Below, one piece after another: positions 13,285 to 34,249 of a DNA stretch of 64,000 nt (the first letter of the stretch is position 1; every line of letters begins with the position of its first letter). The notes below the pieces were generated by a model. The model had not been told where the DNA came from. It saw nothing but the letters and a program-made list of their open reading frames with translations, and did no database searches. The position numbers were made by a program, and so were the translations under genes. Origin of the DNA: Bugula neritina (taxonomy: Eukaryota > Animalia > Bryozoa); assembly GCA_964035545.1 (NCBI GenBank), contig OZ037769.1:10074633-10138632 (forward strand), given 5' to 3'.

Positions 13285-13568
13285 ATTTGGATTATAAAAA
13301 TGTGCCACGCCGATTATGAAAAGAGGAAAGAAAACCAAGGACATGGGAATCAGTCTGCATGGTGAACAGGTAATCAAAGATATTGGTGAGGAGCAGTACA
13401 AGTACCTTGGAGTTTTTGAAGCTGATGAAACAAAAAATGGATGAAATCAAAGACAAAATCAAGAAGGAGAACTATAAATGAAGAAGGAAAGTTCTGGACT
13501 CTAAACTGAATGGAGGGAAAACGATGCTTTGTGAATTGTGATAAAACCCATAATAATAATAATAATAA
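13285..13568 (+). mobile_element. Older, internally deleted fragment of the same R4/Dong-like LINE family, ending in (TAA)n
   Basis: 13287-13525 aligns by eye with 15710-15947 (e.g. AAATGTGCCAC..TTATGAAAAGAGG, GAACAGGTAATCAAAGAT, AAAGTTCTGGA..AAACTGAA). It is followed by (TAA)6 at 13551-13568. Confidence 0.8.
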
Positions 13569-13569
13569 T

Positions 13570-13685
13570 GTGTCAGAATAGCTCAGTTGGTAGAACACAT
13601 TACTCCAAAAACCCAGAGTTCCGATTATGCAGCATTTTTCTGGCAAAAAGCCTTCAGCAAGCTTTACACATTACTTTGCTGGGTC
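13570..13685 (+). other. tRNA-derived (SINE-like) head at the 5' end of the LINE
   Basis: GTCAGAATAGCTCAGTTGGTAGAACA resembles a tRNA 5' arm and Pol III A box (13579-13590). A degenerate B-box-like GAGTTCCGATT sits at 13616-13626. No full cloverleaf. Confidence 0.6.
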
Positions 13686-13727
13686 CTATTAGGGTTAAGA
13701 CCTAAAATCAGTTCCTAAAAACTCAAT

Positions 13728-16700
13728 ATGATGAATTATAATAGAAAGAATAAAGCTAACGACGTGAATGGGATGTCTAGCCAAGCTAGGCATGTCTCGT
13801 CTGGCAGTGGGTATGTGGAGGACCAGGCGACCTACGGTCGTCAACCTGTTACTGGCACAACTAAAAGAAGTAACTCAAAAGAAGACAACAAAGCTGTCAT
13901 GGAATGCTACTTCAAAAGTAGATCTGGAGTGAGGGGTTATAGATAAAGAATGTATGAACTCTGGAAGGAAAGAGAAGGATTTGACATCAGCAAACAGAGA
14001 CTAGCAGATCAAGCAAGAACTATAAAGAAACACAAGGATTTCACAGAGGGAGAACTCCATGAGATTGAAGAAGGAACCTTGCAAGAACAAGGCACAACAG
14101 TTTATGAAGAAGATCATGAAAAGCTAGATGGAGACATAGAAGAGGATGTTATAGTTCAGCATGGGATACCAGATGAACCAACGATAAGAATTTTAAGAGT
14201 ACCTAGTTCAGAGGCAGAAAAAGTACTAGTTGAAAAAATTATAGATGAGCGTAGCAGATTAACTAATGGTCGACCAAGACTAAGCGCCCTTAGGCACATT
14301 GAGAGGGTCAAATTACTTCAGGCAGTAAGACAGATTACCGAAGTGCTATACTGTGTTGAGATTAATAATATCACTGAGCTCAATGACACCATCATGGCTT
14401 GTGCAATAATAGTAACAGAACAAGTGTGTAACAATAAGGAAAGAAGAAAACCTAACAATGTACCAGCATGGAAAGTACGACTACAGAACAAATCAAGAGA
14501 AATTAGATCAGACTTTAGTAAAGTAATAGAGTGCAAAAGACCTTACAATGATCCATTGAGAAGGCTTGAAGGAAAGTATAAGATAAAGAACAAAGGATAT
14601 GTAGTGATTGAAGAACTGAAGCATAATCTGAGGGCTGTAAGTCAGAAAATAAAAAGATATACAGAACGAGTCAACATTATAACCAGAACAGGATGTTTAC
14701 AAACAATGAAAAGCGCTTCTATCAAGAATTACAAGGAACTGAATGAAGAGGCACTTGACAAGGAAAAATCAAAAGCGTTTTGGCAAAACATCTGGGGCCA
14801 GCCAACAAAGCATAATACCAATGCAGAATGGCTAAATAAAGTAAGCAGCAAGTTGGAGCATATAGAAAAACAAGAGAACTTAAGCATTACAGTGGCTGAT
14901 GTGAAGAAGATGATAAGCAAAATCACCAGGGCCAGATGGAATTCAAGGATACTGAATTAAACACCTGACAAAGCTGCATATGCTGATTGCTGATCACCTG
15001 CAGAAGTGCTTGGATAATGGGGATGTCCCTGAATGGATGACATCAGGCAAGACAGCATTGATAATGAAGGATCCAGCTAAAAAGAAGCAGCCAGGAAACT
15101 ATAAGCCAATTACCTGCTTGCCACTCATGTAGAAAACATTGACAGGCATATTAGCTGACAACCTGTATGATCATCTCTCAGAGCAAAAATATCATTGGAG
15201 AAGAACAAAAAGGCTGCATTAGAAAGTCAAGGGGCGCTAAAGATCATCTCATGCTTGATAAGGCAATCATGTGTGACTCAAAAAAGAGAAGTACCAATCT
15301 AGCAATGTGTTGGATAGACTATCAAAAGGCATATGACATGGTACCACACGTATGGATCTTAGAAACAATGCAACTAACTGGAATGGCTGGTAATGTGATA
15401 AGGTTGATAAGAAAAAGCATGAAGTCTTAGAAAACACAACTGGAGTACCTTGGAGAAAAGATCGGAGGAATAGACATCAAGCGAGGAATTTTCCAAGGAG
15501 TCTCTCTATCTCCACTCCTCTTTGTGACTGCTTTTATCCCTCTATCAATTCTAAAGAGAGAAGCAGCTCAAGGATACAAGTTTCGACAGCGCAGAAAAAT
15601 AAACCATCTTCTATATATGGATGACTTGAAGCTATATGGGAAATCGAAGCCAGAACTGGAAGCTTTGGTAAACACTGCCAGGATCTTCACAAGAGATGTA
15701 GAAATGAAATTTGGGTTACAGAAATGTGCCACACTGGTTATGAAAAGAGGAGAGAAAATTGAAGACACACGAATCACTATGCCTGATGAACAGGTAATCA
15801 AAGATCTAAATGAGGAGCCGTATAAGTATCTAGGAGTTCTTGAGACTGATGGAATAAAAATGAATGAAATGAAAGATTAGGTCAGGAAGGAGTACTATAG
15901 GCAAATAAGAAAAGTTCTGGAATCAAAACTGAACAGAGGGAATACGATCAAAGCAATAAATACTTGGGCAGTAGCAGCAGTGCGTTACACAGCTGGAATA
16001 CTTGACTGGACTGTTGATGAACTAAAAGACATGGACAGAAAGACAAGGAACCTTATCACAATAAATCGGTCACTCCATCCAAGAGCAGATGTAGACAGGC
16101 TGTATGTTAGCAGAAGAGAAGGTGGAAGAGGGATGGTGTCAATTGAAGAATGTATAAGGATTGAAGAATGCAGCATGTCAGATTACATAAAGGACATGCA
16201 CTGACGGAGACACCACTCTGAATACCTTCCTAAAAGACAAAACAGCAATAGAAATCAAGAACGATAAATCGGTAGAAAGAACTGATGGGTGGAAAGAAAA
16301 GGCTCTACATGGTCAGTACATCTGAAAGGTGGAGGACATGAAAACGTGCTCATGGAAATGGTTGAAATCTGGTTGGCTGAAAAAGGAAACAGAAGGACTG
16401 CTGTTAGCTGCGCAAGATCAAGCACTACCTACTAGAAGTTATAAATTAGCTATAATGAAAGAACAAGGTAGCAAGAAGTGTCCGATGTGTAATGCAAGGG
16501 ACGAGACTGTGACGCATATACTAAGTTAATGTGAGAAGTTAGCATAAGGAGAACATAAGAAAAGACACGACCATGTGGCATTGATAATTCACTGGGAGTT
16601 GTGTGAACTTCATGGATTTCAGAGAAGCAAGAATTGGTACGACCATCGAGAAGAGCCAGTACTGGAGAATGACAATGTAAAAATATTGTGGGACTTCAAC

Positions 16701-16815
16701 ATACACACAGACAGAGTCATCTAAGCTAGAAAACCTGATATAGTGGTAGTTGACAAGCGTAATGCTGAAACAATAATTCTTGATATTGCAGTCCCTGGTG
16801 ACTGATATGGCATGA
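13728..16815 (+). mobile_element. Decayed RLE-type non-LTR retrotransposon, R4/Dong-like clade (inactive)
   Basis: One ancestral ORF broken by stops and frameshifts. N-terminal VMECYF..GYR..LW..QRLADQAR; RT motifs [57 protein letters not shown]; AAQDQAL; CPMC..ETVTHILS CCHC knuckle; RHD; KPDIVVVD..ILDIAVPGD restriction-like endonuclease. Truncated at the 3' end. Confidence 0.9.
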
Positions 16816-17584
16816 AAGTTTAAACTTTGAACTTTCAAGCCATATAAGTGATTAGGCTCTGTAATGCAGCAGTTAAAATAACATGTAATGAAAGTTAGCT
16901 ATAATTAGTATAAGTTTTATAGTAGTGATAAAGTTACAGCCGACCGGAAACGTCATCCGCAAGCGTTCAGAAATCCCAAATCATTTCAGCACATACTCGC
17001 ACAAAATTCTTTATAAAACAAAATTGTTTAGATATACAATCTTAAAACAGTACGTCAGTAAAAACTAATATATTTAACAATATTTTATTACTGCATAAGT
17101 GAAGTGTGCCAGGGATTCTTTAAAATGATTAAATTGATTATTCCTACACTTTAATTCAACAGTGGACAAGTTTCCAATAGCAATACAAAAGAATGATATA
17201 GATAATACAATTAATAGTAGTATTATTTCAACTCATTCGCTGCAACAACGAAAATGACTGTGAAAGACTGAAACTGAATGTCAAACTCAAAGTGAAAGTG
17301 AGCTAAGCTAAAGCAGAAACACTAAAAGTAATTGTAAGAATAAGACTAATAAAAACTTAAAATTTTATCTAACTCTTATTCTAAGAGTAAGTCTAGAAGG
17401 CAGCAGTATTAACTTTAGCCTTAGGTTTAACTGTGTAAATCAAAATGCTACTTTAGAAAAATGAATGATTTAATAAACGATTTAACATAAGTATGAGTAT
17501 CAGTATCACTGTATCAGTATGACTATCACCATGACTATGGGTATGACAATTTAATACCGTTTCAGTTTTCATATGATATAGATT

Positions 17585-19372
17585 CAGGGATGTAGTGGTA
17601 CCCATACGGTCCCATACGCCGTAAGGCCTAGAAGAAAATAGACTGTTCTAGGCCATACGCCCGTATGAGCATATTATTTTTGAAAGATGATTAGTGCACA
17701 GGATAGTTTGGGCATCCTCACTGAGAATATCATAAATTTCGCTCACAATCTAATTTAAGTTCTTGTTATGTTAATGCTATGTGGGTGGCATGCGTGTTAC
17801 CTACTTGTGATTGTTTAGCCTGAGATTACACTATGAATAATATGCAGCTATCAATATTCCATCTTCTCATCTCTACCTGTTCACTGAAGCGCGAAGTGCT
17901 GTGCATTGGTGATTGCTAAGGAAAAGTCCTTCATTTTCAGTGTATAAATCACTAACTTGTAGAAAATCTATGAAGGCTATTGAAAGATCAAAAAATTTGC
18001 CATGCATAAATTTCTCAGGTTTCCGACAGTGTTTGTTTTATTCGAATATCATGCTTTCCTGCTGAGATATTTGGCAGGGATTGAAAAATAAATTTTTCAG
18101 TTGAAATTGGCCAAAAATGGGTAGATTTTTGTCTATAACTTTGCAAAAACATATTGAAAACTCAAAAAATCAGGTGCTCTGAGGAACCGGAAGATCTTAA
18201 ACATGGTTTTTAAATTTTAATTCTAGCACAACTAAGTGAGGTTTTATTTGGCAGGACTGAATTCTTATAATATACCAATAATGTGGCCTCAGCAAGGCAG
18301 TGACAGCTAGAAGGTTGCCCTTATCTATCTTGTGTGGACTTGCATTTTGTGAATAAGCAATGGAATTTGGAAAAAACCAACATGAAATCCAGAAATAAAA
18401 TCAAAATGTCTTTAAAAAACAGCACCAGGTGTGTAGAAGAGGCTAATGAAAATTTATCACTGAGGTCTACTGCAGGTACTAAATCCACATTTTGGTCAAA
18501 AACCTAGCGTTATTGCATGTTAATTATCAATGCAATAAGGTTTTGCAAACTGTACACCACCTTGAGTAACCTTTTTATGTTTGATTGTACTAACGTCTGG
18601 CTTTACATTTAATCATCTTCTAGGTTAACACATATTAAACCTGTCAAATTTGTTCTTTTGGGGTATATTTCCTTGGTGTGTCTAGTGGAAGCTCAGGGGT
18701 TTCATTTTAAAACCAAGTTAACATACTCTTCTTGGGTGTGCTTTATTGTGTGTAAGGAGGTGTGGCAGTATCACCTTATGGATTAGACTAGTACTCTAAT
18801 GAACCCCAAATAGGTTTTCAACCAATTTCCGCTTGCCAATGAGTTATCAATTCAAATTGCTCTTTATAAATAACTAACACACATTTTCTGATTAGCAATC
18901 TTCCTCTGTTCTGATCTATTATTCCTTTTCTGTGCACGGCAGTGTATCAGTTATTTAAAGCAATCAGGTTGCATTTGGAGAGCACTTGTTACCTGCCTCT
19001 ATCCTTCCATCTTTTGAGATATTCAGCAATTTTTCTGTACAGGTTGAACTTAGTGTCAGAACAAACCTAACTGCAGTTGAGTAAGACTACATTACATTAC
19101 ATTACATTACATTACAGTCAACGGGTATGGGACAAGACTGAATATTTATATAGTTTGCAGCAATGCCCAGTCATCATGTAGCTGGTATGGTATGAAAATA
19201 ATAGCGAGGTGCACATTTCAACACAGATTTGTTTCAGAAGAATTATAATTCACAATGGCTTTAAATTGCATAAATTTGCATCAGAAGTGCTCTGAGGGCT
19301 TCGGCGGCCTGGGCAGCCCCCTGGACCCCACCTGAGAATATGGCCTATAATATTTTTGCCACTGTATCCTTG
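17585..19372. mobile_element. Non-autonomous hAT-like DNA transposon
   Basis: Imperfect TIRs CAGGGATGTAGTGG...CCACTGTATCCTTG; repeated CCATACG/CGTATG subterminal motifs at the left end; GC-rich GGCAGCCCCCTGGACCCC near the right end. No clear TSD and no transposase ORF. Confidence 0.5.
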
Positions 19373-22300
19373 AGTAGGTGTAGAGTTTTATTTGTATACT
19401 TATTTGTGTAAATATACTTCTCATTATCTGAAACTACAATTGCGAGATTGATTGGATTACAAGCAATGCACTAACTTGATTATACACTGAAACCCACAAG
19501 AGTAAAAATTATAACAGAAGATAGAAAAAGTGGGAGCATTTAAATTGAATTTTAATTACTAGTAAAACTTACTTTTATTAGTTGTTTGCTGCGTAATTTT
19601 AAGCCTAATCGTCTCGTAAGTTTATAAATAATCTGCACAACAGCTAATAATTTTATAAGCTGTCAAGCTAAAATATTGAAAATAATTATTCCAAATTGGT
19701 CAAATTACTTCATACTAAAAGCTTTACTGCGCAGAGTTTATAGCTGGCATTAAATTTTAGACTATGGAAATCTTGTTTTTCAACAGCAGTAGCTTTTATC
19801 ACTCAGGTTGGTGAAAAAATTATACCTACTATTGAAGTACTCTTCGCTTAAGAGGAGGCAACTCCGCGGGATTCATCTGACACTCATGGAAAAACGATCG
19901 ATCTGAGCACATGTCTCAGATCGATCCATGGAAAGCCCGTGATGCTGAGCAGCGTAATCTAATAGTAAATAACCTTTTAACCCTTTGATGCTGAGGTTCA
20001 TCGCAAAATTCCAGAGTGAAGTTACCTAACTTCAAGTTCAATCCTTTTTCAAATTCATGTTCCTGAAAGCTTCATCAATACCACCTGCTAGTGCTACCAA
20101 CATCAGCAACTACTACTAGTATTTTTAATAAATGAAAATCAAAACAGATATTAAATTTTGATTTAATCATTAAAATTCAAATTGGTATTACTAATACTAA
20201 TAGTAATACTAATACTAATAGTACTATTCATATTGCTACGCCTACTAATACTATACTTAATACTATTACATTTACTGATTTAGTTTTACTATTAGTATTA
20301 CTATTACTGATAGTGATGGTCATACTGATACTCATACTCATAGTGATACTCAATGTCATAGCGATAATCGTAATGAAATATTAATATAATTTAATATTAT
20401 AATTATTATGAAATAATAAATTTTAAATAATTATTATGATTATCAGAAACTTGAATGAAAATTCTTTTACTGTAACTTCTACCCCAGTTTATTGATGACA
20501 GGTTGTACTGCTTTTACTGATGTTTACTAAAACCAACGTGAAACTACAATAATTATAATACTATTTGGTAGTAAAAACATTAATGAAAAGAAAAATGAAA
20601 CATAAAACATTACAAAACTGTTGCATAACAATTTTTAACATACCTCTATTACCCTTCCTGGGGAGATTTAGAATTAAATATATAAAATTATAAGGTTGTA
20701 GTAGTGAAAGGTTAAATATCTACATGTATCATGTACACAATGCTGTTACTCAATCAAAAAAATGACTAGTGAGAACTATAACACAAGTCAGTGGAGAAAT
20801 GCATCACACTGGAATGAAAGCATAAAACAACTCAGCTGCTATATCTTTGGCTACAAGCTATAAAAAGCTGACAGCTATTGTGGTCACAAAAATCATTGCT
20901 TTGTAATAGTGAATACAAAGCTATCTGTGGTTTTAAAAAGCTGTGGCTAAGTGACTGTGAGTAGCTAAATGAGTAGTTAAATGAGTATATAAGTGAATGA
21001 TGATGAATTGTCCTCTGCCACTGCAGGCGATGATTTGAATAGATTGAGCAAAAAGATAAAGACACTGTAGTAGTGTGTAATATGTAGGAATGAGCAAAAT
21101 ACTACATTTACTTATAGTTAATGTTGTAGTTAATCACTTGAAGTTAGTGTTATATGTTAATATTAATATATCAATATGTGCTATACCATTGCCACCATTA
21201 GGCTTAGCATTAGCCTTAGGCTCGGCTATAAGCATAGGCATCTGCATTAGCATAGTCATACTCATAACTCATAGTGATACTCATGCTGAACCTCAATCAG
21301 ATAGTGTTAGACTTATCATAGTAGTTTTTATATTCTACTTATAGTTATTACTTATACTTATACTCAATAACTTATCGTTATAGTCATAGTTATAATTATA
21401 CTTATACTGATAGTTATGCTCATGGTGATACTTATACTTGTAATAGTTATAGTATCACATTGACATTCATTATATCAGTCATGGAGTGATATTGAATTGA
21501 TATTAATACTCATATTTTTGGTATTAGTATCACTCATAGTTATAGTTGTATTATACCCAATCTTCTAGTAATCCCTGAACCTCTTCATTGTCATTGAGAT
21601 AGTCATACTGATACTGATCACTGTGACCGAGTAAAGGAGTGCGAGTATCACAATGACAGTGATACTGATGCCTATACTAATAGTCATAGTGATTGTGTTT
21701 GAAGCTAAATTGTTGTGAAATTATTTACAATTTCACAACAGTTCAGCTTATTGGTGTTCATTGTAATTTTGGTTGAAAATATAGCTACAATTAAACATTT
21801 AATGAATTTTGAAATGCCAAAATTAATTTATGATTATAATTATTATGATTGTTATAAAAAAATATGTTGCATTTGATTAAGTTGAACTTTATAATAATTG
21901 AATTTAATTTCAATAAATTTGTAATTTTAAAATGGGCATGGAAAGGATAAAAGCGTTAACTTATTTACTATTTAGTGTTAATTATTAATCTATGACTATT
22001 GCTATTGGGAACACTGATGATAATAGTAGTACTCACACTTTAATATTAATATTAATAGAAATAATAAATTTAAAAAAGCAAACTGAAACTTTCATTAAAT
22101 TTATTAACCTAATTGCAATGGGCCTAGCCATATACATCTATATATATTAGAAAAAGTTTTGTCATCAAATTCAATGTCATTAATGATACAATTAGTTCAC
22201 CCATTAGGCTGTTTTAATTTTTATAAATATAATAATAGTATAGATTAAATTCCAGCTTGAAGTGAAGATTTCTTTATTCAAGTTGGAACCTAATAACCAA

Positions 22301-22780
22301 TAAGCCTGCATAAATGTGTTGAGAGTGTGGTGTTATTACAAAAGCAGTGATAGTGCAATAATACATTTAAGTATATTATTGTTATACAATATTATTGTAA
22401 ATTAGTTACAGTACTATGTACATTGTACACGTAAAAATTCAATAGCTGTCAAAACAATTAGGCTGCAGTTATATAAAAATGCTGTTTTATGAATGTCAAG
22501 CATTTGACGGTTTATATTTAGTGTCAATATATGATAACCAACAAGAAAATTATTGCTAGTACAATAAATAAGCTCTGCATTTTTATTTTAAGTTATGAGT
22601 TTGCAAGGCAATCACAGCATGCTTCAAGTCTAAGACAAAGTAAAGTTTTGAAATTTTTATTTCTTAGTGCAGATAGCAAATGGAATGCAGCTAAATAAAC
22701 GTAATCTTGAAAAAATATGTTATATAATCTTAAAGTATCACACTTTTCTTGCCCAACTCTCATTTTAAAATATACTTCAT

Positions 22781-23194
22781 GGGCCATTTACTTAATTTAG
22801 TACACACTCAAAATCTTCAGTTTTTAGCTTTTTTTCACAATTTAGCTGCTAATGTGTTTTTGCTCTAAACTAATAAGAAAATACGAAATGCAACTAAATT
22901 ATCAAGGTTCTTTTTTAAGTTTGCTTGATTTCCTATGTTTTTTCCTGATTATTCAGTTAATTTGAATTTGTGGACCATCATGGTTTTTTGTGATGGTCCA
23001 CTAATCAAAATTAGCTAAATAATTAGGAAAAAACATGTTGAATTGAGCAAAATTAAAAAGAAACTTTATTATTTAGTTGTATGTAATGATATTTTATTCA
23101 TTTTGGGCAAAAACCCATACACATTAGCAGCTAAATTGTGAAAAATAGCTAACAACTAGAGACTGAGTGTGTACTAAATTAAGTAAAATGACCC
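22781..23194. mobile_element. ~414-bp fully palindromic foldback MITE just upstream of NFS1
   Basis: Ends GGGCCATTTACTTAATTTAGTACACACTCA / TGAGTGTGTACTAAATTAAGTAAAATGACCC. Arms stay complementary through to the centre TGGACCATCA..TGATGGTCCA. Confidence 0.85.
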
Positions 23195-23456
23195 TTATAC
23201 CAATCACTCAGTTGCATATACATGTTACCGAAATTGTAGGAGCTTCTTTGTCTTTCGGTTGAAAGTGAGCATTTGACTCCAGAAAAAGCCTTGTGTGCTT
23301 TGACACTACCTGTATTATAGTACCAGACAACTCACAACAATACTGGTTGTCATAAAAGCGAAACATGTGCCAAAAGTAGGGTAAATGCTGGCTCAGTACC
23401 AATACTGAGGTGGTGTGCATTTGGACTATTTGTAGAATATTTGTTCAAGTACGAAT

Positions 23457-32578
<9,122 letters not shown>

Positions 32579-33087
32579 AATGTGAAAAAAATGCACTATT
32601 CTGTAGTTGATTGTTCAGTTTTGATAAAGTAACACTGCTACAAGTTATTGGTGTATTGTAATGCCATGTTAAGTTCTTTTTTTCTGTATTTTGCAGTGTT
32701 GTACCGATATTTCTACAATTCAGCTAATAAAAGTATATATGTTTTTTACTGAGTTAAAGGTTGATACATGTAATTTTGCCTGGGTGTATCATTATATTAG
32801 TTCTGTGTTGTAATGGTTGCAATAAAACAAATTAGTATAACAAATTAACCCAAATAATTTATATTACTCCTAGTAATTCTTGGCATTATGTAACACCATA
32901 ATTATAATATTGCACCAAATGTCCATAAGTCTTATAATTTGATCAGAATTAAATTACTATTAACACAACTGATAGAATATTATGGTGCTTAGACAAGAGA
33001 TATTCCTGTTGAACACTGTGCTACCAAATGCAATAAGATTATTGAAATAGTCTGCCTCATGAAATGGTTTATAACCTTGCACACATA

Positions 33088-33358
33088 CCCCCTATTCACA
33101 CTTACCGTAACGTAAAATATCAGCCATTTTTAATGTGTCCGAGCTGAAGTTTTCAAAGTCTGCTATTAGGTATGATCAATGACACTTCATTGGACAATTA
33201 TATCCAATGAGTTGCCGCAAAAGTTTTTCTGTTCAATAGTAGCCCCCCCCTCCCCGCAACTTATTTGAATCAAGCAGTGTTCGATCCTACCATACCACAA
33301 CGCCGTACAGGAAGCTCAGACATTTGTAAAAATGGCTGATATTTGGTGTGAATAGGGG
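33088..33358. mobile_element. MITE between the NFS1 and RIF1 3' ends
   Basis: TIRs CCCCTATTCACAC..AAATATCAGCCATTTTTA / TAAAAATGGCTGATATTT..GTGTGAATAGGGG, flanked by ATA on both sides. Confidence 0.75.
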
Positions 33359-34249
33359 ATAGTACTCTGCATACTTGCCAATGTTCAGAATAAAATTCTA
33401 TCGCTAGTTCTAAGCAAGATTTCTAAGTCAATTCTGATTGGTTTCAATACCTAAGAAATGTGCCTGCATGGTTGATCAAGTTAGTTAGGTTTGGGCATTT
33501 ACAGAGCAAAACAACTTTTTAAACTTGTAACTAGCTTGAGCAGAGAAATGTTGCAAATTAGCCTGTTCTTAGTGTTGAGACTAGTGTGGCCTTACACTTT
33601 CATTTCAACTAGTAATGAGAATATCCAGTCAGCATTGTTTCTTAATCAAAGGTTGTGTGACAGTATAAGGCCTGGGGAGTGTAAAGCTGGCCTATTACAA
33701 CAGATCTTACATGTGCAGTATATGTAGATGAGTTAATTTCATTGATTGACAAGTATTTATAGCACAATGAAAGGGATTTTGTATATGATTGGTTTATTTT
33801 CAAATAAAAAGTCCTTAAAAATTATTTTACAATGCACATAATATAGAATAATATAACTAAGGAGCACACCTCGTAGGCTACCTTAAAGCAAAGTATAAGG
33901 CCTGTGGAATAAGTGCTCAATACATGTAATTATAAGCAATACAATAATATGCAGGTTTGACACTCCTCTCAACATGATCATATTTGGATGTGCATTTTTC
34001 AGATTTAAAAAACCTTCAGAAGAGTTATAACAAAATTGCAGTTAGCTATAACTGATAGCACACGTTTCATACCCCTACAGGCAGCCACAGACACACTAAA
34101 ATTTGCTGAATATACTCGTAATAAAAACTTAAGAAAAAAAGTTTTAAATCGTATAACGTCTATGTAAAAGGTAAACTTTTAATCGCTATTCTTTAAGTAT
34201 ATGCTACTTCTCCTAGAACTACTACAGCTCTGGAAGAACCATTCCCCAG

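Noticed and set aside
13110-13285. Short ORF resembling a transposase helix-turn-helix (WGRKKITQHL)
   Set aside because: Too short, with no catalytic motifs or TIRs to support it.
13570-13640. Functional tRNA gene
   Set aside because: Only the 5' arm is recognisable; anticodon arm, T arm and acceptor stem cannot be formed.
13760-13860. Self-cleaving ribozyme at the LINE 5' end
   Set aside because: I could not build an HDV-like or hammerhead fold by eye; it needs an RNAMotif/Infernal search.
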